Below are positions 56,726-64,000 of a stretch of 64,000 nt of DNA, piece by piece. The position numbers and the translations under genes are program-made. The stretch lies in contig CAWFAK010000006.1 of assembly GCA_963813715.1 (NCBI GenBank), positions 32,001 through 96,000 of the forward strand, in the 5' to 3' direction. The notes beneath the pieces were generated by a model. That model was not told where the DNA came from. It did not search any database and saw only the letters and a list, made by a program, of their open reading frames with translations. Source of the DNA: an uncultured Planctomycetaceae bacterium. Lineage in GTDB: Bacteria > Planctomycetota > Planctomycetia > Planctomycetales > Planctomycetaceae. Within the stretch, counting starts at the first letter, position 1. Every line of letters starts with the position of its first letter.

Positions 56726-57682
56726 GTGGACGAACAAGCGCGGGCCGCCGCGTTCGAGGAACGAATCGCCCGAGGCGAGAAGATCGAGCCGGGCGACTGG
56801 ATGCCTCCGAATACCGCCGGCAACTGTTGCGGATGATGTCGCAGCACGCCCACAGCGAGATCGTCGGCATGCTGCCGGAAGGCGAATGGATCACCCGGGC
56901 GCCGTCGCTCAAGCGGAAGCTCGTCCTGTTGGCCAAGGTGCAGGACGAAGGCGGGCACGGGCAATATCTCTACGACGCGGCCGAATCGCTCGGCGCCACC
57001 CGCGACGAAATGATCGAGGCCCTGCACACCGGCCGGGCCAAGTACGCCAACGTCTTCAACTACCCGGCGCCGACGTGGGCCGACGTCGGCATGATCGGCT
57101 GGCTCGTCGACGAGGCGGCCATCCTCAACCAGTCGATGCTCGCCAAGTGCTCCTACGGACCTTACGCCCGCGCGATGCTCCGCATCTGCAGCGAAGAAAC
57201 CTTCCACAAGAAGCAGGGACAGGAACTGGTGATCCGCCTGGCCCGCGGCACTCCCGCGCAGCGGGCCATGGCGCAAGAGGCCCTCAATCGCTGGTGGTGG
57301 CCCACCTTGATGCAGTTCGGCTATCCCGATGCCGAATCGCCCCACACCGACACGCTCCGCCGTTGGGGCGTCAAAACCAAGAACGAACGACGAACTGCGC
57401 GAGACGTTCATTGCCGGCATCGTCCCCGAGCTGCGACTCTTGGGCCTCGAGCCTCCCGATCCCGAGCTGCGATGCGACAAGGCGACTGGCCGCTGGCATC
57501 ACGGCCCTATCGATTTCGACGAGCTCAAGCGGGTCGTCAACGGCGATGGGCCGTGCAATAAGCGCCGTCTCGGCGAACGAATCAAAGCGCACGAAGACGG
57601 GGCCTGGGTTCGCGAAGCGCTCTTGGCTTACAACGCCAGGCACGAATCGCCCCGGCGCGAGTTTAGCGGAGCGCCCGCATGA
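56726..57682 (+). CDS. paaA: phenylacetyl-CoA epoxidase catalytic subunit (two frameshifts)
   Basis: [44 protein letters not shown]. Confidence 0.95.
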
Positions 57683-58264
57683 GCGACTCGCAGGGACCCG
57701 TCTGGCAGGTCTTCGAGCGGCCGGCTCACGGACATCCCGTGCGCGCCGCCGGCTCGGTCCACGCCGTCGATGCCGAGACGGCCCTGCAAAACGCCTGGGC
57801 CGTTTACGGCCGCCGTCCGACCGCCGTCGCCCTGTGGGTCGTCCCGCGCTCGCCTCGTATTGATCGAAGAGACACAGGATCCGGCCGTCGACGAGACCCT
57901 CTCCCATTCCGATGGGAGAGGGCAGGGTGAGGGCTCTTCGTCACTTTCCCCCAACGGCTCGCAGCAAAACTATCTGCGTCTTCCGCCGCTCGCGGCACGA
58001 AGATCACCTACGAAGAGGAGTATCAGTCGTCGCCGCGAGCGCCGAACAGGCGCTGGCCCGCGCGATTGGCCGCAGCTCAACGGCGAAGACTGTCACGCGA
58101 TCTGGGTCTTTCCGGCTGCGGCCATCATCTCGAGCGAGTCGCCCACGGCCGAGTGCTCGTTCTCGCCCCAGCCGTACAAGTGGTTTCGCGATCACAAATC
58201 GTTTCCCACGGGCGCGCTGATGCGGGAAATCGAGAAAGAAGCGAGCAAATCCGAACATGCTTGA
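57679..58264 (+). CDS. paaB: phenylacetyl-CoA epoxidase subunit B, long tandem-domain form (several indels)
   Basis: WQVF...GSVHAVDAETALQNA...LWVVP, then a second unit CVF...VVAASAEQALARA...IWVFP...KWFR. Confidence 0.8.
57897..57933. repeat. REP-like hairpin inside paaB
   Basis: CCCTCTCCCAT-TCCG-ATGGGAGAGGG followed by CAGGGTGAGGG; same family as 17120-17160. Confidence 0.8.
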
Positions 58265-59029
58265 TCCCCGGCAACGCGCGGCCCTCGACTCCAAGCTACT
58301 CCGCCTGGCGGATGACGAGTTCATTCTCGGCCACCGCAATTCGGAGTGGACGGGGCACGGGCCGATCCTCGAAGAAGACATCGCCTTCGCGAATCTGGCC
58401 CTCGACGAACTCGGCCACGGAATCCTCTGGTATCGCATCGTGGCCGGCCTCCGCGGCGAAGATGCCGAGACCTATCCCGACAAGCTCGTGTACGAGCGGA
58501 CGGCCGGGGAATTCCAGAACGTCGACGTCGTCGCGCTGCCGCACACCGACTGGGCGTTCAGCATGCTGCGGCAGTTTTTGTTCGACGCCTACGAGTCGAT
58601 CCATGTCCCCGCGCTCCTGACCAGCAACTACCGCCCGATCGCCGAGGCCGCGACCAAGATCAAGCAGGAAGAGGTCTATCACCTCTATCACACGCGGGCC
58701 TGGGTGCAGCGGTTGGGCCTGGGCACCGACGAGAGCCGGCGACGGATGCAAACGGCCCTCGATCAGCTCTGGTCCCCTTTCCAGCAGCTCTTTGCCCCCG
58801 GAGCGGACGAATCGCTGCTCGTCGACGCCGGCATCACGCCCGATCTGCGGCCGGTTCACGGCAAATGGAGCGAGACCTGGTGGTGCCGTTTCTCGAATCG
58901 TGCGCGCTCGTCCTGCCTGATGCCGGGATCGTCCCCGTTGTTCGTGGGCCCGCAAATCTCGAACGAATGACCGCGCTCATCAGCGAACTGCAAGAGGTCT
59001 CGAGGATCTCGCCCGGCACCGTTTGGTGA
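58257..59029 (+). CDS. paaC: phenylacetyl-CoA epoxidase subunit C (frameshift near 58875)
   Basis: LADDEFILGHRNSEW..HGPILEEDIA, DELGH, EEVYH; LISELQEVSRISPGTVW in a shifted frame. Confidence 0.93.
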
Positions 59030-59100
59030 CGACCGGGCGAATGGACTGACTCGCTCCCAATCGATCGACACGCGCAATCGGCGAATGAGGAGGCCGCGAC

Positions 59101-61131
59101 ATGGCGACGATCACTCTGAAGAACTACGCGGAAGACCGTTGGGTGGCTGGCTCCGGAGAGCCGGCGGAGCTGCGCTCGGCGGTGACAGGCGACGTGGTCG
59201 CGCTGGCCTCGTCGCGGGGACTCGATTTCGCCGCGATGGCCCGGTTCGCCCGCGAGCAGGGGGGGCCGGCGCTCAGGGCCCTCACGTTTCATCAGCGGGC
59301 CGGCATGCTCAAGGCCCTGGCCGAGGCGCTCACCGCCCGTAAGCAGGAACTCTACGAACTGAGCTACGAAACCGGCGCGACCAAGGGCGACACCTGGATC
59401 GACGTCGACGGCGGCATCGGCACGTTCGCCGTCTATCAATCGAAGGGCCGCCGCGAGTTGCCCAACGACCGCATCCTGATCGACGGCAACGTCGAAGGCC
59501 TGTCGAAAGGGGGTACCTTCCAGGGTCTGCACGTCTTCACCTCGCTGCAGGGTGTCGCCGTCCACATCAACGCGTTCAACTTCCCCGTCTGGGGGATGTT
59601 GGAAAAACTCGCGCCCACGCTCTTGGCCGGCCTGCCCGCGATCGTCAAACCGGCGAGCGCCACCGCGTACCTGGCCGAGGCGGCCGTCCGCATCCTGATC
59701 GAAGCGAACGTGCTCCCCAAGGGGGCGCTGCAACTCGTGACCGGCTCGCTCGGCGACCTGTTCGAGCATCTCACCTGTCAGGACGTCGTCTCCTTCACCG
59801 GCTCGGCGGAGACCGCCCAGAAGCTGCAAAGCCATCCCGTGATCGCCCGAGAAAGCGTGCGGTTCGTCGCCGAGCGCGACTCGCTCAATGCCTCGGTCCT
59901 CGGCCCCGACGTCCGACCCGATTCGCCCGAGTTCGAGCTCTTCGTCAAGGAAGTCGTCAAGGAGATGAGCGTAAAGGCGGGCCAAAAGTGTACGGCCATC
60001 CGCCGCGCCCTCGTCGCCGCGCCGCTCGTCGATGCGGTGCAGGCCGCCCTCAAATCGCGCTTGGAGAAAATCACCGTCGGCAACCCGCGCGACGAGGCCA
60101 CCCGGATGGGCGCGCTCGTCAGCCTCGCCCAGCGCGATGCCGTCCGCGCCAAGATCAAAGAGCTGGCGGGCGAAGCGTCGATCGTTTACGGCGATCCGGC
60201 GCACGTGAACGTCAGCGGGGCCGACGATCAGAAAGGGGCCTTCCTCTCGCCCGTCCTGTTGCGGTGCGATCGGCCGTGGCAGGCGCGGGCCGTGCACGAC
60301 GTCGAGGCCTTTGGCCCGGTCACGACTCTGATGCCTTACCAAGACGGCGCCGACGCCATCGCGCTGGCCAATCGCGGCAAGGGATCGCTCGTGATGAGTG
60401 TCTTCAGCTACGACACCGATTTCGCCCGCGACGTCGTGCTGGGCTGCGGCGCGTTCCACGGACGGATCGCTTTCATCGACCGCGACAGCGGCAAGGAATC
60501 GACGGGCCACGGTTCGCCCATGCCTCACATGGTCCACGGCGGGCCCGGCCGCGCGGGCGGCGGCGAAGAGCTGGGAGGCATTCGCGGCGTGACGCACTAC
60601 CTGCAGCGGACGGCCTTGCAGGGTCACCCGCGGGTCCTCACCGCGATCACCAACCGTTACATTTCGGGCGCGCCCACGCAGCCGGCCGACCCGCATCCGT
60701 TTCGTCTCAAGTTCCACGAGTTGCCGATCGGCTACCAGCTCAAAACGCAGCCCCGCGAAATCACGATGGACGACATCGAGCATTTCGCCCGCTTCACCGG
60801 CGACACGTTCTACGCCCACCTGGACGAAGAGGCGGCCCGCAAGAATCCTCTCTTCGGCGGCCGTGTGGCCCACGGCTATCTGATTCTCTCGTTCGCGGCC
60901 GGCCTGTTCGTCGACCCGGCCCCCGGCCCGGTGCTCGCCAACTACGGGCTCGACAACTTGCGATTCGTCAAACCGGTCAAGCCGGGCGAATCGATCCAGG
61001 TCGCCCTCACGGTGAAAGAGAAAACGCTCCGCAAGCCCGACCAGGGCGAAGTCCGCTGGGACGTCTTGGTCACCAACGGCGCGGGCGAAACCGTCGCGGT
61101 GTACGACCTGTTGACGATGAACGCGGCTTGA
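59101..61131 (+). CDS. paaZ: bifunctional oxepin-CoA hydrolase / aldehyde dehydrogenase
   Basis: ALDH part (HINAFNFPVWGMLEK, FTGS, KAGQKCTAIRR, EAFGP) plus a MaoC domain (FTGDTFYAH, AHGY). Confidence 0.97.
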   Translation: MATITLKNYAEDRWVAGSGEPAELRSAVTGDVVALASSRGLDFAAMARFAREQGGPALRALTFHQRAGMLKALAEALTARKQELYELSYETGATKGDTWIDVDGGIGTFAVYQSKGRRELPNDRILIDGNVEGLSKGGTFQGLHVFTSLQGVAVHINAFNFPVWGMLEKLAPTLLAGLPAIVKPASATAYLAEAAVRILIEANVLPKGALQLVTGSLGDLFEHLTCQDVVSFTGSAETAQKLQSHPVIARESVRFVAERDSLNASVLGPDVRPDSPEFELFVKEVVKEMSVKAGQKCTAIRRALVAAPLVDAVQAALKSRLEKITVGNPRDEATRMGALVSLAQRDAVRAKIKELAGEASIVYGDPAHVNVSGADDQKGAFLSPVLLRCDRPWQARAVHDVEAFGPVTTLMPYQDGADAIALANRGKGSLVMSVFSYDTDFARDVVLGCGAFHGRIAFIDRDSGKESTGHGSPMPHMVHGGPGRAGGGEELGGIRGVTHYLQRTALQGHPRVLTAITNRYISGAPTQPADPHPFRLKFHELPIGYQLKTQPREITMDDIEHFARFTGDTFYAHLDEEAARKNPLFGGRVAHGYLILSFAAGLFVDPAPGPVLANYGLDNLRFVKPVKPGESIQVALTVKEKTLRKPDQGEVRWDVLVTNGAGETVAVYDLLTMNAA

Positions 61132-61154
61132 ATCGCGCGCCGCGAGCTCACACC

Positions 61155-61221
61155 GAGCCGGGGGCGTCAGCCCCCGGAGAATTCGTTCGGAGGATTCTCG
61201 GCCAGCTCACGCTGGCCGCTC
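61155..61221. repeat. inverted pair of REP-like hairpins between convergent paaZ and the EamA gene
   Basis: GAGCCGGGGGCGTCAGCCCCCGGAG and, on the minus strand, GAGCGGCCAGCGTGAGCTGGCCGAG. Confidence 0.75.
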
Positions 61222-61240
61222 AGGATTCCACGCCCGCGCG

Positions 61241-61663
61241 CTAATTGCTCGCCAGAATGACCGCTCCCGCCACGATCAGTGCGCCGCCCGACACCACTCG
61301 CCAACCGAGCGGCTCATGCAAAAACACAAACGCCAACACGATCACGAAGACGACGCTGAGCTTGTCGACCGGCGCCACGCGGGAGGCGGGTCCCAACTGC
61401 AGGGCCCGGTAATAGCAGAGCCAGGACAGCCCCGTGGCCACTCCCGACAGGCAGAGGAAGAGCACGGAGCGCCCGGAGAGCTTGTTGAGCGGCTCCCACT
61501 CGCTGCGCCAGGAGACGATCAACGAGGTCATCGCGAAAATGACCAAGGTGCGGATCAGTGTCGCAAGATTGGAATTGATCTCGGCGACGCCCACCTTCCC
61601 AAAAATGGCCGTCAGACCGGCGAAGAATGCCGACGCGATTGCAAACATCTGCCACGAGGTCAT
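61241..61663 (-). CDS. EamA/DMT family membrane protein (single domain)
   Basis: FAGLTAIFGKVG, SWLCYYRALQLG, VAPVDKLS. Confidence 0.9.
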   Translation of the reverse strand: MTSWQMFAIASAFFAGLTAIFGKVGVAEINSNLATLIRTLVIFAMTSLIVSWRSEWEPLNKLSGRSVLFLCLSGVATGLSWLCYYRALQLGPASRVAPVDKLSVVFVIVLAFVFLHEPLGWRVVSGGALIVAGAVILASN

Positions 61664-61820
61664 TCCCTGAGCCCCTTCGCATGGGACGAGATCGATCCGC
61701 AGTAACGCGGTCGTTGACGAGGCACCCGGATTATAGACCCCGGCGCTCTGCAAGCGACCGGCCGAGTCTCACGAGCCGCGCACGAACTTGCCAGGCACGG
61801 GCTCGCCGACACAGACTCGA

Positions 61821-63161
61821 CTAGGCGGCTACGGTCGAAGCGCGCGTGGTGCCCGGCGAAGAGGTTGACACGCCCGGCAAGTTCGCCAGGATTTCGATCG
61901 TCCGTTGCGTCGCTCCCTGCTGGGAGAGGACGAGCTCTTGGGCACGGGCGCCTTGCGCGCGGGCTCGCTCGGGATGGGCCAGGCAGTCGGCGACGGCGGC
62001 CGTCAGCTCGGCACCATTGTGCACGACGCGAGCAGCGTCCGCGGAGAGCAGCCGCTCGACCACGTCGCGAAAGTTGTGAGTATTGGGGCCGAAGAGCACG
62101 GCTGCCCCGTAGCCCGCCGGCTCGATCATGTTTTGCCCACCGCGATTGGTGAGGCTGCCGCCGACAAACGCCACGTCAGCCAGTCCCCAACAGGCGGCCA
62201 ACTCGCCCAACGTGTCCAGCAGCAACACGGCCGGTGAGTCGTGGCGAAGAGCCGCGTTCGATGCGGAGCTGCGACGACAGAGTGGCAGTCCGCGGGACTC
62301 GATCAGCTGGGCCACGTCCTCGAAGCGTTCCTTATGTCGAGGAACGAGGATCAGTCGGAGAGCCGGAAAACTCGCGCGCACGGTGAGGTACGCGTCGATC
62401 GCCGCCGCCTCCTCGCTTTCCTGCGTGCTGCCGGCAACGAAAACCGGCTCGGATTCGCCGATGCCGAAGGCGGCCCGCAGCTCGAGCGTCTTCGGGTTGC
62501 GGCGATTGCTCTCGACGCGGTCGAACTTGATCGAGCCGGTAATCGAGAGCCGCTGCGGTGAGGCGCCCAGTTCCAGAAACCGCTCCGCGTAGGTCCGATT
62601 CTGGACGGCGACCGCGTGCAGGCTGCCCAGAAGCCTCGCCACCAGCGGTCGCAGCCGGCGGTAGCCACGGAGGCTGTGTTCACTTAGCCGGCCGTTAATC
62701 AGGGCGACGGGAATGCCCGAGCGATGCGCGTGCAGGATGAAGTTGGGCCACAGCTCCAGCTCAACCAGCACGATGGCGGTCGGGCGGAGGCGGGCGACGG
62801 CTTCGCGCACGGCCCAGGAAAAGTCGAGCGGGAAATAACAGACGGAGTCCCGCGGAAATTTCGCCTCCGCCACGGAGCGGCCAGTGGGCGTCGTCGTCGA
62901 GATCACAAATTCGACGGCCGGCAGGCGAATGCGGAGCTCCTTCAAAACGGGCTCGAGCTGCAACACCTCGCCCACGCTGACCGCGTGGAACCACAGACAG
63001 GGCCGATCGCCCGCGCGTCGCTGCACCTGCCCGAGCAGTTTTTCCCGCCAGCCCGTGCGGTACTTGCCGCGGACCACGATCCGCCACAAGAGCATCGGCG
63101 AGAGGGCCGCCAAGAGTGCGAAATAGGCGACGTTGAGCAACCAGGGCATTGGAGCGGGCAT
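61821..63161 (-). CDS. waaA: 3-deoxy-D-manno-octulosonic acid (Kdo) transferase
   Basis: WFHAVSVGE, ELELWPN, NGRLS, GSIKFD, VPRH, DTLGEL, GGQNMIEPA. Confidence 0.96.
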   Translation of the reverse strand: MPAPMPWLLNVAYFALLAALSPMLLWRIVVRGKYRTGWREKLLGQVQRRAGDRPCLWFHAVSVGEVLQLEPVLKELRIRLPAVEFVISTTTPTGRSVAEAKFPRDSVCYFPLDFSWAVREAVARLRPTAIVLVELELWPNFILHAHRSGIPVALINGRLSEHSLRGYRRLRPLVARLLGSLHAVAVQNRTYAERFLELGASPQRLSITGSIKFDRVESNRRNPKTLELRAAFGIGESEPVFVAGSTQESEEAAAIDAYLTVRASFPALRLILVPRHKERFEDVAQLIESRGLPLCRRSSASNAALRHDSPAVLLLDTLGELAACWGLADVAFVGGSLTNRGGQNMIEPAGYGAAVLFGPNTHNFRDVVERLLSADAARVVHNGAELTAAVADCLAHPERARAQGARAQELVLSQQGATQRTIEILANLPGVSTSSPGTTRASTVAA

Positions 63162-63231
63162 CCTTTCCCAGCTCGTTCGACTCTATCCTGCGCAAATTCA
63201 GTTTATTCGTGACAGTTCAGACGCCCGCCCG

Positions 63232-64000
63232 TCAGGCCCCCGCTCCGTGGCACTTCTTATACTTCTTGCCGCTGCCGCAGGGACACGGATCGTTGCGGCC
63301 GACCTTCGGCTGACGATTGTGAATTGGTTCGACGGCGGTCGCCTCGGGGCTGTGGCCTCCCTGGGTTTCGGTCACTTCGCCGTCGCTGCTGGTCATCGGA
63401 GCCGCTTCCGCGTGGTTGACGGCGGTGATCTCCCACAGCGAGCCGACGAAGGCCGGGCTTTCCTTTTCGATGCGGAAGATGGCCGACGTGACCTGTTGAT
63501 CGACGCGGTCCCACATCGCCAGGAAGGTTTTGCGGCCCTCGCGCTTGTACTCGACCTTGGGGTCGAGCTGAGCGTACCCGACCAGGCCAATCCCCGCGCG
63601 GAGATGGTCCATGAAATAGAGATGGTCTTTCCACGCGGTATCGAGGATTTCGAGAATCAGCGCCCGTTCCGTCTGGGCCAGCTCGGGGCGATACCGCGCG
63701 TCGTAAGCCTGCAGCACGCGGTTCTTGGCCGCTTCTTCGTCGAGCGGCTCGAGCTCGTTCGCATCGAGATTGAGGTGATAGTCCTGGCTCGCCCAGCGGG
63801 CCAGTTCGTTGAGCGTCTGGGAGCGGTCGGGCGAATTCTGCGGGGGGACGTGGCCGTTACGCTGCGTCTCCGCCTTGTGTAGGTACTCGTCGGCCTTGTC
63901 CAGCACTTCGCCGTTGACGAAGAACTTCTGGCTCGTCTCGCGGAGCAGACCTTCGATCTCGTTGCGGGGACGATTCTTGACGTCGTCGACCGGCAGCGCG
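63232..64000 (-). CDS. secA: preprotein translocase SecA, C-terminal part; 5' truncated by window edge
   Basis: LDTAWKDHL..MDHLR.GIGL.GYAQ.DPKVEYKREG and SEC-C motif GRNDPCPCGSGKKYKKCHG; the frame stays open to the window edge. Confidence 0.93.
   Translation of the reverse strand, partial: ALPVDDVKNRPRNEIEGLLRETSQKFFVNGEVLDKADEYLHKAETQRNGHVPPQNSPDRSQTLNELARWASQDYHLNLDANELEPLDEEAAKNRVLQAYDARYRPELAQTERALILEILDTAWKDHLYFMDHLRAGIGLVGYAQLDPKVEYKREGRKTFLAMWDRVDQQVTSAIFRIEKESPAFVGSLWEITAVNHAEAAPMTSSDGEVTETQGGHSPEATAVEPIHNRQPKVGRNDPCPCGSGKKYKKCHGAGA

Overview
GC-rich bacterial DNA, most likely from a planctomycete. The basis is the secreted SnoaL/DUF4440-type proteins, Gly/Asn/Trp-rich secreted proteins, an ECF sigma/anti-sigma pair, two sulfatases and many REP-like hairpins; this is an inference, not a database result. 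Core genes bound the window: a VIT/VWA-type protein and metK on the left, waaA and secA on the right. Between them lie about 57 kb of accessory-type genes in four blocks. (1) A DUF6161-like gene, an AAA_25 ATPase, an old yellow enzyme, dacB and an NtrC-type two-component system that diverges from a sigma54-like promoter upstream of a FimB/FimE-sized tyrosine recombinase. (2) A large envelope and sulfate/phosphate-ester locus: OprB porin, K+ channel, two DUF1254/1214 proteins, two CTAGR-type sulfatases, FGE, HAD phosphatase, a secreted 2H phosphoesterase, a TolC-like protein, and a NarL-type system with visible candidate operator boxes. It also holds two copies of a 'SnoaL-like protein + low-complexity secreted protein' module. 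(3) An ECF sigma/anti-sigma pair and an MFS transporter. (4) A secreted penicillin-acylase-family gene diverging from tetR-paaD-paaG-paaA-paaB-paaC-paaZ. More than 15 genes carry frameshifts, which most likely reflect long-read consensus errors, so those genes are given as reconstructed spans. Several REP-like hairpin families are present, including a triply nested one and one inside the paaB coding region. I found no rRNA, tRNA or CRISPR array.
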